DNA of 64,000 nt from Mobula hypostoma (lineage: Eukaryota), in assembly GCF_963921235.1 (NCBI RefSeq), contig NC_086097.1, positions 79,548,001 to 79,612,000 on the forward strand. Direction: 5' to 3'. Shown here piece by piece: positions 39,270 to 51,378 of the stretch (positions within the stretch are counted from its first letter, which is position 1; every line of letters starts with the position of its first letter). Position numbers and translations under genes: made by a program. The notes beneath the pieces are model-generated. The model was not told the origin of the DNA and did not search any database. It saw nothing but the letters and a program-made list of their open reading frames with translations.

Positions 39270-42200
39270 TATCTTTGCATCAAAAGGATTACAATCTGCT
39301 TTTAACTGACCAAGAAACTGTTCCAATAAATGCTTTTGTTTTACCCATTCATGAGATAATCATTGAAGCCTAACCTGATTATAGTTTTCTAGTGGTGAGA
39401 CAAATTTCTTCATGCATTTCTCAGCAAGATTAACATGTGCAAATACGAAGCACCTAGTCAGCTGACTCATCCATATGCAGGTAAATAAACTTGTTGGCAG
39501 TGCTCCACAAATTAAAAACTAAATGTCCATATAATTTATTTATTAGCTCCCCTCCCTGCTTGATCATTACTGAATTTAGTATTATGCCAACAACCCCAAT
39601 TTAGTTTCTCAGAACAATTACACCTTCTCCCGAGATTGGTCTTCCAGATGGCACATTTTACATTTAATTGCAATATGATGTAAGCTTAACAAAAACCTCT
39701 GTAAGCTTGTAATCAGAGGGTAAGCTTTTTACCCTCTGATCTGGTTGCAAAAGAAAAGTAGTTTCACACTATCATCCCAGTTTTGCATAATTGTTTTTCA
39801 GCAGACTTACATGCTTACTTTCCAATGTCTCAGCTATACCAGTTAGAAATCACTGCCAAACAATAAAGTTAATGTAAAGCCTAATACATGAACCAGCTGG
39901 GCTAAAGGGCCTATTTCTGTGCTGTGGAACTACATCATTGTGAAAAAGAAAAACCTTTCACATATGTTCAGTTCCCAAACTAATACAAACATTTGTTAAT
40001 GCTGACAGCTGCTGACATTTCCATACTGTCATGCATCCCAATTCTTAACAAATTGTGCACACGTACATGAAAAAGTAGAATGTGGTTATGAATAGAAAAA
40101 ATGGTGAACCAAGTTGCTTGGGTACTAATTGGATTATCAATTTAAGGCATTAGGGGGCAGCATTAAGAAGGAAAAGCAAAACATCTGAAAGAAAACAAGC
40201 TTCTCAATTTCTTCTGCAGCTGCCCATTAATCATCACTAATATGCCAAGCTTAATATTCTCACAACATACTTACCTATTACATCCCATCCTCATTTATAA
40301 AACTTAGATGTGACACAATTACATCATTTACTTTTCTGAGTAAAAAAAGACAAAAGGTCTGAGGAAAGCATGATTAATGAAATTGTGCTGTGTGGTGTTT
40401 TTATACACAAGCAATGAGAGGAGATGCAGAATTTCATCTTTCACGGAAATATGACCTAGTAGAACTAGCAAGGAAATATCAGTTGAACTATTACTTTTGT
40501 GCTACCAGTGAAATTGGCACAAGAAACAAAAGAAAATAGGAATCAAAAACACTATTAGATTTTAGCTTCCTACTGCCATTTCTAGCCAGCATCTGCAGCA
40601 TGTTAGAATCTGATGAAAACATTTGATAAGATTGCTAACAATACCTTCCATAATTTTTCTGATGATTATCAGATTGAATTTGCTCTAACCTTTGACAGGA
40701 CATACCCAATATTGTGTAGACAAGGTATTTGGCAACATTCCATATTGTTTTGCAGAGCGCCTTCTTATACAGTAGTTGTAACTCTCAGTTATATATTGGT
40801 ATTAAATGGAGTGAAACTGAAGAAGTGTCTCAGATACTTGGTATCTCAGTAAGAGTCCTAGTTTAAATGTTAATTTGAAAAATCAAAATTAATTACCTTC
40901 AAATTGATGATAAATTGCAGAAACTGGTCTCAAGCTTGTACTGTTGCAGAACAATATTATAAATCACCTAAGAAAAATTGTATTAACTTCATCTACACCG
41001 TTTTATATTGAACATATATAATTTCCTGCTGAAAGAAAGCTTTGCAATTTAGGCTTCTCAGGCATTGGATCAGGGGCCTTCAACTTTTCTATTGTTTTGG
41101 TGCAAGAAGATTCTTTAGCAATGGCTGACGCAAACTCCGTCCCTTTTTTCCACCTTTCCAAAGGAGATTTCCTGTAACTTCACTAATGAAGTTCATGATG
41201 TATTAATTTCATTCTTTTCTGTCACTACCACTCTTCCCCACCAGCACCAAGTCCAAGTCCAAGTCCAAGAAAGCTTATTTCACTCCTGACGCTGAGATGT
41301 ATTTAAAATATATAAAACTGTCCACATAAATTAGCCTTTTAACAGAATGGAAGAAGCCATTTTGTATTTATTAGGTGCACAATAACTAATAAAGACTGAC
41401 AGAGAAGAATTTCTTCAAGATGTGTCTCAGGGCCATTAAAATTGTTGTAGTATTTTCCTAATGTTGGTACTAACCCATTATGATGACACACATCTGGAAG
41501 GATAACAGGACTTGAGTGAATTGAAGAGATTCAGATGCACTTTGGCACTCAAATCCTGAGACCACCTTCCCAGATGCGTGTAATATGACCATAAGACATA
41601 GGAGCAGAATTAGGCCATTCAGCCCAGTGGGTCTGCTCCGCCATTCCATCATGGCTGATCCTGGATCCCACTCAACCTCATATACTACCTTCTTGCCATA
41701 TCCTTTGATGCCCTGACTGATCAGGAAATGATCCACTTCCGCCTTAAATATATGCACAGACTTGGCCTCCACCACAGTCTGTGGCAGAGCATTCCATAGA
41801 TTCACTACTCTCTGACTAAAAAAATTCCTCCTTACCTCTGTTCTAAAAGATCACCTCTCAATTTTAAGGCTGTGCCCTCTACTTCTGGATACCCACACCA
41901 TGAGAAACATCCTCTCCATATCCACCCTATCTAGTTCTTTCAACATACAGTAGATTTCAATGTGACCCCCCGGCAGACAACCCACTCTGCAAAAACTCAT
42001 TTCAGGGAGGCAGCACCCCCGTCCCCCCGCAACCCCATATCCCCCCACCGCCCCCGTCGACCTCCAAGGGTGTATGTAATACTTTGTTTAGTGATTTTGT
42101 CTAATCTGTAAACCAAGTTGGGTATATGCAGCAAATGTGACATTAAAATATGTACTTATATTATATTATAATGTTTATTCTGTTACAACTTTAAGCAAGT

Positions 42201-42274
42201 CTACAGGGAGTTTGGCCTCATCACATAGGACATCAATAGCATAGCTCCTTGGCAGCTAGCCAGTTAGTTTAAAT

Positions 42275-43445
42275 CAGGGATCCCCAACTGTTTTTGCACC
42301 GTGGACCAGTTTAATATTGACAATATTCTTGCAGACCAGCCGACCCGGGGGAGGGTGGGTGTTAAACGCGACCGGAATATAGGTGATAAGTCACTGTAAG
42401 TCACTTGTAAGTGGCTAATACACTCAATTTTGTTTCTAAAGGGGTTTATCTAATGAATTTAATATTAAACACACAGCGCATATTTTCCTCGCATGAATAT
42501 AGTGATAAGTCAATTATAACAGTGGTCCCAAACCTCCGGGCCGCGAAGAATGCAGCGGTACAGCAGTAGCCAGAACGCACCCAGCACACCTTTAAGAAAA
42601 AAACCGAAATAAACAAGCTAATTGATTAGGTGCCGCCCGGCATGTAAATGTCAGCCCAGATCAAAGACGACGCATTGTCTCTGATCTGGGCCGAAATTTA
42701 CATGCCAAGCAGCACCTAATCAATCAGCTTGTTTATTTCGGCTTTTTTTCTTAAAGATGTGCTGGGTGCGTTCCGGCCACCACTGTATTCTTCACGGCCC
42801 CGAGGTTGGGGACCACTGAATTATAAGTCACTTATAAGTCAATAGCATCATAACATTTTAAGTAACATTTGCATATTAAACACACAGCACGTATGAACAT
42901 ATAAAATCATTGCAACACACCAATATCACTGAATCAGCGGGAGCCCTGGGCTTGTTTTCCTGCAACAACACGGTCCCATCGAGGGGTGATGGGAGACAGC
43001 GATACTTGAAGGGGATTCCTTATGTCCAGTCTATTCTGCAATTTAGTTTTCGTTGCATTCATTGCAGAAAAGTCTGCTTTGCAGAAATATGTTGGAAATG
43101 GAAGTAACGTTTTCAGTGCTTTCGTGGCTATCTCAGGATATTCAGCCTTGACTTTGATCCAGAATGCCGGCAAAGATGTTATGTCAAACATACTTTTCAG
43201 CCTGCCGTCATTTGCAAACTGGAGGAGTTGATCTTTTTCCCGCGCTGACGTGGATGATTCACTGGGGACATTCACAAATGAGTCACGGACCCATTCCTTT
43301 GCACGTCTTGGGTCACTGATGACCTCACATGCGTTAAAGTTGAACAGTGGGCGTGACAGGGAATGAGGAAAGGTGCAGCTGACTCATATCATTTCATATC
43401 GCAAAATCATATTGTTTCCTCGCGGCCCGGTGGTTGGGGACCACT
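42275..43445 (-). mobile_element. hAT Charlie/Buster-type element with transposase C-terminal dimerisation domain
   Basis: ORF 42934-43275 reads FWIKVKAEYPEIATKALKTLLPFPTY.C...FSAM..TKTKLQNRLD. The ends are shared with MITE 6786-7024. Confidence 0.85.
42520..42818. mobile_element. Palindromic hAT MITE, 299 bp
   Basis: CAGTGGTCCC...GGGACCACTG with 8-bp TSD AATTATAA (42512-42519, 42819-42826). The two halves are inverted copies. Confidence 0.9.
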
Positions 43446-43800
43446 CTTAGCACGAAGAGAGACCAATCCGGATGCTCGCTCTCCCTCTCCCTCTCAAAAA
43501 ATCTATTTGCGGGATATTGTATATAATTTCCGGGCGTCAGGGAGCCACTATCGATATGCGAGAGACTCCCGGAACTTCCGGGAGAGGTGGGATGTCTTCT
43601 AAATTTCAGTGAAGATAGGCCCAAAGCTGCCAAACATTCCTCATATATTAACCTCTTCATTCCTGGAATCATCTTCGTGAACCTCATCTGGACTCTCTCC
43701 AATGACAACACATCCTTTCCGAAATATGGGGCCCAAAACTGTTGACACTACTCCAAGTACAGCCTGACTAGTGTCTTATAAAGGCTCCGTATTATCTTCT

Positions 43801-44002
43801 AGTTCATCTAGTGAACTGAAGGTCGCTAGTTTGAGCCTTAGCTGTGGCAGCGTGTTTGTGCCCTTGAGCAAGGCACTTAACCACGCATTGCTCTAGTGTC
43901 TGTGTGAGGAGTGGCGCCCCACACAGACTTCCAATCTGCGCCTTGTAAGGCATGAAAATGCCCGACGCAGGCCTCTCAAGGTCTGAGTCGACATTCCCTC
44001 CC
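43801..44002 (+). mobile_element. tRNA-derived SINE (5'-truncated)
   Basis: B-box-like gtttgagcc and gtgcccttgagcaaggcacttaacc core. The 10-bp TSD is ATTATCTTCT (43791-43800, 44003-44012). Confidence 0.75.
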
Positions 44003-45880
44003 ATTATCTTCTTGCTTTTATATTCTATTTTCCTTGAAATAAATGTCAACATTGCATTTGCTTTCCTTACCACAGGCTCAACCTGTAAATTAACCTTCTG
44101 GGAGTCTTGCATGAGGACTCCCAAGTCCCTCTGCACCTCTGATGTTTGAACCTTCTGCCCATTTAGATAATAATCCACACTAGAGTTCCTTTTACCAAAA
44201 TGCATTATCATACATTTCCCAACACTGTATTCCATCTGCCACATCTTTTGCCCATTCTTCCAATTTGCCAGTCCTGCTGTAATCACACTGCTTCCTCAGC
44301 ACTACCTACCCCTCCACCTATCTTTCTATCATCAGCAAACTTTGCCACAAAGCCATCAATTCCATTATCCAAATCAGTGACAAACAATGTGAAAAGTAGC
44401 GGTTCTAATACTGATGCCCTGAGGAATACCACTGGTCACTGGCAGCCAACCAGAAGAGGCCCCTTTAATTCCCACTCTCTGCCTCCTGCCTATCAGCCAT
44501 TCCTCTTATCCATGCCAGTATCCTTCCTGTAGTGTCATGGGATTTTATCTCGTTAACAAGATTAGACACCAATTATAAGGAAATAGTCATACTGGATTCA
44601 AGAAGCAATTTACATGTCAGCCCTCATCATCTCCTCCTTGGCATTATCTTCACAACCTTTTTTCTCTACTCAAGAATGGACCTAATTGCTGCATAAATAC
44701 AATAATTTGTGTTTTGTTTCAAAGTCCTACTTCTTCGCCTTCTGTTCCTTTAAGGGCGACATTCTGCTTGGCTTCACATATCACGATGAAAGCAGCAATG
44801 GTGTTTCTATGAAAATCCTTAAAACAGCTAACCATGCTTTGACAATTCAAAAAGCATTTGCTTTCTAAATAATGTTTCACAATGAGTCCTTAAGTGCTGC
44901 TTGTCCTGATTGTGGACTCACTCAATGGTCAAATACAGATCAATTGTAAACCCTTCACTTGCTTTTGTTTAAGTTTTCTTTTTCTCTGCAAGGAAGCAAA
45001 CAAAATCTTAATTTTAGTTCCACAAATGTGGAGCGACAGCACTATTGAGGGCAAGGGACATGGCTAACAGCTCAAGGGGCACAGTTCAACAGCGAGAGGG
45101 AGGCTGTTCAGAAATTGATTCATAGAGGTAAATTAGTTTAACGATTTAAAAATAATTACTGTCCACAGTTATGAAAATGTCTGAATATTAATTTATATGG
45201 TAGCATAAGAGGACAATAAATTAAGTATAATGAATAAACGAGAAAGATTATCAGATTTACTGACAACTACATTATCCAGTTTCTTGGATGCTACATTCTG
45301 CCATTAACCACAATCTGCCCCACAATGCTCTCTACTCCAAACAGTAATTATGCTGAATGTGACCTGGAGCATATTAATAGAAATCTATATGATTTCAGTG
45401 GTCTGGCTTTTATAAAGAAAAAGATTTATGTGAGAGGAAGTCATTTAAAGGGTCTTGGCAAAATTCCAATAATAAATTTCCTGAATGATGACTTCAACTT
45501 TCATGATCAAACACATCACAGGATGGTTTTCGTAATAGTTCTTACACACAACCATTTCTTACCTCTCAACAATTTCCTTATCCTTACCTCCCCCATCCTC
45601 CACTTCGTCGCTCCCTGCAGCACCATATCCACACAGCATATTGCCCTCACCTCTTCCGCACAGTATACGTCCTATAATTTTACATGTAAAGGCTGGATTG
45701 AACTCTTTGGGCCAAAGGGGGTGTATTTGTGCAGCACTGCTCTATTACTCTAAATGCTGGGTCACTTTGGAACAAAATGACATCATGGAGGCAGATAATG
45801 CCAGGAAATACCACTTATATTTTTTGTTAGCATACTTACATTAATAGTAACATAGCTAATAACATGATTTAAGTACTCAC

Positions 45881-45923
45881 TGGCTCTCAGGATGTTTTCC
45901 TTGCTGCTGCAGCGAGACTGGAC
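45881..45923 (-). CDS. gphn: Gephyrin linker exon, 43 nt, phase 0-1
   Basis: Translates VQSRCSSKENILRA+A. Acceptor ttctctctgcag|GTC, donor GCCA|gtgagt. The terminal A joins GC of exon 26268-26405 to give Ser (RASHSAVD). Confidence 0.96.
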
Positions 45924-46354
45924 CTGCAGAGAGAATGGATATTATCTTTAAAGTCTACATAATGAACTGGAAATTTAAACATACATACATGCAGTGGGTT
46001 ATACAAAATAGATTATGATGAACAAAGCTGGATCACCACCATGAAATGACAAGTTTGTGCAAGAATGCTACAATGGGTAAGCTTATGATTCTTCATCCTA
46101 GAATATTAAAATGTAAATGAGTGAAATCTGGAAAACCCATCAAAATGGAGGCAAAAGTTATTCGACAGGACATAGTAGCTCAAAATAAATTTGCTTTAGA
46201 TCTGCTGAGCACAAGTAGCCATGAAAACTGCATGAAGGAAGAAAAGATTGTCAATGAACGTGGCATGTTGCAGTAAACTAATCCATGTAGAAGGGCTTAT
46301 ATGTTCTGATCTAGCAAAAGTCTTCAGAAATAAATGTATGCATACACAGTTGTG

Positions 46355-46400
46355 CACGTGTGCACACATACACACACACACACACACACACGCACGCACA
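46355..46400. repeat. (CA)n microsatellite
   Basis: A cacacaca run is directly visible. Confidence 0.9.
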
Positions 46401-46633
46401 AAATAGACACAAAACAAGAATTACACCATAAATGAATTAGGAGGGTCAAAATGTGGATATGATAACTGAAAGATTCTAAGACAAATGTTAAAGGCACAGA
46501 CTAGTGGACAGTGTTAAGGTGGGAAAACAAACAATCAAGAATCTTCACATAGATAGAATAGCAAGGAGCTAGAACTCATAGCGCAAAGCAGAGTTTGCGA
46601 ATGGTAGCAGCTCCTTTGATCAGTAATAGTTAC

Positions 46634-46696
46634 TCGTGAGTTGTATCCTCTATGCCTTCTGAGTTCATCTTTAAGCCCTTCCAACCTATGGTGGAG
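46634..46696 (-). CDS. gphn: Gephyrin alternatively spliced C4-type cassette exon (21 aa, C4d-like), phase 0-0
   Basis: Translates LHHRLEGLKDELRRHRGYNSR, resembling the mammalian 21-aa C4 cassette as recalled. Acceptor tttgtttacacattag|CTC, donor CGA|gtaact. It sits just upstream of the 43-nt exon, the expected position. Confidence 0.85.
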
Positions 46697-49600
46697 CTAA
46701 TGTGTAAACAAAAACAAAAGATTTATAATGAACAGAGAAGCTCAGAAATCTAGGAATTTTTTTAAGAAATGAAATACGTAAACAAAAGAACTAATGAGAG
46801 GTTTATTATATGTTTGGCCTTTTTACAATTTTCAAACACGCTTGCTACTAACGCACAAGAAAACATGCAAATTGTGGAACCACCAGCATTAACCCACACA
46901 CAAGACGGGGAAAACAGGCAGGATCTGCTTGGCAGTTCAAGCAAAACAAAAAGCCATGAAGCACAGAGAGAAAATTAAAAGAACAAACATAAAACAAGTA
47001 TCAATTTTACTGCATGCCACGTTCCCCACTACATCATTACATTTTTGCACAATTATAATACTTTTTAAAATTAAAATTAAAACCTGAACATGCCTGGTAC
47101 CCGTAAGTTAGTGTCCCTCTCACTTTCTTTAGAAGAGTGTTTCTTTTTACTTTTACACAGCCCTATCTTCTGACCTATCAGTATAAAGAAAATGACAGAT
47201 CTGCACAGTTACTTCTGCGCAGGTTGGAATGAATCAAAGCTGAGGTCTCCTTTAAGAGATAACAATAAAGTGTTTTAAGAATTATGATTGAGATTAACTG
47301 AGTTGCCAGAACGATATGCTTTTGCAAGGCTATAAACGTACTATGGAAGATTCTTTCAGTTACATGAAAAGTAGAACAAAGAATAGAAAAAGAATGCTGA
47401 CATTGAATGAAAAATAATTACAATCCATTGCTTTGTCATCTGTTGCTGACACTGAGCTGGGCGTGGGATATGTGAACATCAGCACAACTGATTTACACGA
47501 CAAATGAAGCATAAGCTTTTTAATGAACTGATGAAGACAGAAAATAATGAAGTTGTAACTGCTTTTCTCTCCCACTTAGCTATCATTAATGCCCTTAATT
47601 GTATTATTTAGTGCATCTGTCTTAAAGCTTGATAATGAAGATTAAAGGATAAATTTAGACAAGAAAAGATTAATGATAGCAAAAAACAAAAATAGAAGTT
47701 CTGCAGGAAAGAGAAATGTACAGCTCATCTCAAATAGCAGATAACATCTGTCTCAATTTGTGCATTAAAATACAATGCCGTGCTGGAAGTAAATACTTCA
47801 CAACATATTCACACTCAGTTAACTGCCATCTATATCAGTGATATGAATGCAAGCCTGAGCAGTGTTTTTCAGGTAACATCATAGCTATGTCCATTGACAG
47901 GTGAGACTGGGTATATGATAACTATTCATACTTTGATAAGTTAAACATCATAGCTTAAACCACAGTAACAATACCCGGTCTATGCTTACTTGGAGTAGAC
48001 TGAGGGAAGGTAAGTAAGTGGATTAGTTGTAAAACTTTCTAATGAGGATTAGGGATTTTCTACATAAACTGATGGATTACCTGTTCGGACAACCTCAACA
48101 GTATCATAACAATATTAAAAACTCCATTTTAAAAATGTGGACAAGATTTAGTCAATTGTTTTCTTCATCTGCTGCTATTATCCTGATTTTTGTGTTTGTA
48201 TGCTTCCATCTGTTGTCTCTTTCATAGTTAGTTACATCTTTATAAAATAACTTCTGGAAATCAACATTTGCCCATAGTTGACAAAATGTTAACCAACATA
48301 GCACTGGAGAAACATCAATGCGAAAACCCTATTGCTCTAGTCTTGTAGTTTGTTCAAACGTGAGTTGAACAGATGAATCGCCATGAAACAGCAGGGCTTC
48401 TAGCTACATATTGTCTTCCACTATCTCCATCTAATTTATGTTTTATTTGAAAACAGCATTTACAAATTGCAGGCAAGGCCAACATTTATTGTCTGTCCAT
48501 AATACCTTGAAGAAGATGATGATAATTCACCTTCTTGAACTGCTATATATCAGCACAATGAGGACACTAGCACAGTAAGTTAGGAAGTGCCAGTTTATGA
48601 TTCAATAATTAAAAAGACATGGTAATATATTCCCATGTCAAAATGGCACCTGATTCATGGCATGGAGGAGTAGAGGAACTTGGTTGTCACCATTGATCTT
48701 GTATGTAGAGGTCATAGGTTTGTGAGGGACAAGCAAAGACATTTGGAGTGCTTTTACACAGCCTTTTGTTGATTGCATTACTGTAACCACAGAGTGCTGG
48801 TAGTGGAAGGAGAGAAGTTATAGGATTGTATAACAGAGAACCTATGAAGAGGACTGCTTTGCTTTGTACTCCATTGAGCTTCTCAGGTGTTGGTGAAGCT
48901 GTATTCATTTAGGCAAATGTGGGTTCTTCCATTCCTGACACGCTTCAGGAGGTTTGTCATTCACTAGAGATCAGCTCTTGTAGCAATAACTCATATACCC
49001 ATAGCCTCTAGCCCATGAGGAATAAGGGTAGCAGAGCATTGGGGATACCACCAGTTAGATCTCTCCATTCTGTGTTTCCTTCGTCATTGGTGGATCTAAA
49101 TCCAGGAACTCCTACTCCTGGGTATGGAGGGAACACATTTACTGCAAAGGGTGCAGTAATGCAAGCAGAATGTTTGCTAATTCTTCTTAAAGACAATAAA
49201 TGTTCATCTTGACAGTGACACATCCTGAAAAATCAATAAACTGAAAAAAATATGGCTGGTCTAATTTAGATCTCGAGCAATGATGGCTTTACTGGTATGT
49301 TGCGTGTGTGCATGTTTGTTTGTGTTGGGGGGTGTAGGGTCAACAAAAGATCATGGCTTGGAACATACTGAGCAAGAACCAAGCACTGTCAATCCTCCTT
49401 AAGCAGATATTACCTAGTAATTGCATTGAACACATAACTTCTGATAAGACCAAGCCGAAATATTAGCCTTGTTGTATACCAACAAGGCATATTTCATTAA
49501 CTGTTTGTGAAAACTGCTGCTCTAATCTTTATTCTACGTTCAAAAAAATCTGGTTACAAGTGCATCAATGTTCTCAGCATACGTTCTGCTGGAATTAAAA

Positions 49601-50551
49601 TACTAATTGTAACTGCAGAAATCTGAAATATAGAGCAGTTTAGTGTGTCTGTTATTTACAGTCTTTTCAATTCTGAGGGAGAATGAAAAAGCAAAGAATT
49701 TTGCATCAAACGGTGGTATAAAGTACTTATTAGGTCAATGCACATGTATATTCACCCATATTATAGGAGTGATATATATATAGAGATATTTTATGCTAAA
49801 ATGAAAACCTTTTTAAAACAGCTACCTTGAGCCACACCAGCCCTTCATCAGGAATTTAGGGCAAATGAAGTAGAATTCCAAAGGGAAATGCATTCACAGT
49901 GCAGAAGTCCAATATTGCATCATAGGTCCTTAATTTATCTAGTCTCATGAAAGGTTTTGATGGATGCCTTAAACTCTCATGTGGAAGACCCCACCAAAAT
50001 GGAAAAATCTTGAATATCATGGATTTAGGTAACTAGTGATGCAAAGTGCTTTTTGGAATGTTAATGTTTTGTTGGACCCTTATGCCCATTTCCTTTCTGT
50101 ACCAAAATAAGATAATTTTTCTTTTGTTAAAAATATTGCTTGCAGTTTCATGTGCTTGCACCTTACTTGATAATACAGTGATCCAAACTATGAACAGTAC
50201 TGATTTGGCTATTGAAGAGTAGCTACACCTCTCCAACCACCTTTCCATGTTACGCAGTGAGCTACAGAGATTCAAAGGGATGGTGGACATATTATTAAGC
50301 ACAATTGTTTCATTTACTGCTCCATGATAGAGCAGTTTCTAGGGTAGATATTTCAACTTCAAATGAAATCATGCTCTAAAGAGAAATATTCCTTAAAATG
50401 GTACCCAGAATAATGCAGTGGGAATCCTGTAACCATACAATGTTTGTCTTGTGTAAGAATTGCTCTCTTAGCTCCTTTTACCAATCAAAATACTGCCGCA
50501 AGACTGTTTGATATCAGCAAACAGAAGGAAACTTAATATTTTGAGTCATTC

Positions 50552-51111
50552 TAAACTGCTGGTGAGGCCTTACTTGGAGTATTGTGAGGAGTTTTGGGTC
50601 CCTTACCTCAGGAAGGATGTGCTGAAACTGGAGAGGGTTCAAAGGAGGTTCACAAAAATCATTCCAGGTTTGAACAGCTTATCATACGAAGGGCTTTTGA
50701 TGGCTCTGGGCCTGTATTCACCAAAATTCAGAAGAATGAGGGGTGACCTCATTGAAACCTCTAATGGTAAAAGGCTTGATAGAGTGGAGAGGACGTTTCC
50801 TCTGGTAGGAGAGTCTAGGACCAGAGGACATAGTCTCAGAATAGAGGAGCGTCCTTTTAGAATGGAAATGAGGAGGAATTCCTTTAGCTAGAGAGTGGTG
50901 AATCTGTGGAATTTATTGCCAGAGGCAGCTGTGAAGACCAACACGGTATATATATTTAAGGCAGATGTTGATAAGATTCTTAATTGGTCAGGGCATGAAG
51001 GGATATAGGGAGATTGGTGTTGAGAGGAAAACTGGATCAGCCATGATGAAACTGCAGAGCAGACTCGATGGGCCATATGGCCTAATTCTGCTCTTATGTC
51101 TTATGGTCTTA
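50552..51111 (+). mobile_element. CR1 LINE 3' fragment
   Basis: LVRPYLEYC...LERVQRRFTK and a cttatggtctt tail. Confidence 0.85.
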
Positions 51112-51360
51112 TCTACCTATTTGAATGGAATGTTTCTACTCTATGGTATATTAAGTGTTGACCACATTGCCCCACCATAAATAGAGGTCTTTTATCCTCT
51201 ACTTATTATTTCCCTTCCCCCTACTAGACTTCTGTTACTGTCCGTTTCTAATTCCTTTGTTTCATTAGTGCTTAATAAAATTGTGAAGCAACAAGTTTTG
51301 TGTCACTTTCTTGACTTCCAAAAGAACCTTGAATCAAAAACATCAGAATCTAACAAACTC

Positions 51361-51378
51361 TGGTGTAGTCAGTAAAGG
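51361..51378 (+). promoter_or_regulatory. Putative primer-binding site, tRNA-Ser-like
   Basis: TGGTGTAGTCAGT lies 5 nt after the LTR end. It matches TGGCGTAGTCGGC (complement of the tRNA-Ser 3' end, as recalled) apart from transitions. Confidence 0.55.

Larger units (their letters stand above)
41974..43597. mobile_element. Non-autonomous hAT (Tip100-like) element
   Basis: Degenerate TIRs CAGACAACCCACTCT / AGAGGTGGGATGTCT. The CR1 sequence is continuous on either side. No clear TSD. Confidence 0.5.
41582..44560 (-). mobile_element. CR1 LINE 3' portion hosting nested DNA transposons and a SINE
   Basis: WQMEYSVGKC, QRDLGVL and LERVQMRFTKMIPG motifs, with a gaccataag-type tail at the low-coordinate end. 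Confidence 0.8.

Noticed and set aside
47213..47527. Acceptor-like sites giving FIKKLMLHLSCK... and ETSALIHSNLRR segments
   Set aside because: Donors are weak and the lengths do not preserve frame.
50542..50546. TGAGT as left TSD of the ERV (matching 62599-62603)
   Set aside because: It is not followed by the LTR start TGTTGGATT, and a 5-bp match can be chance.
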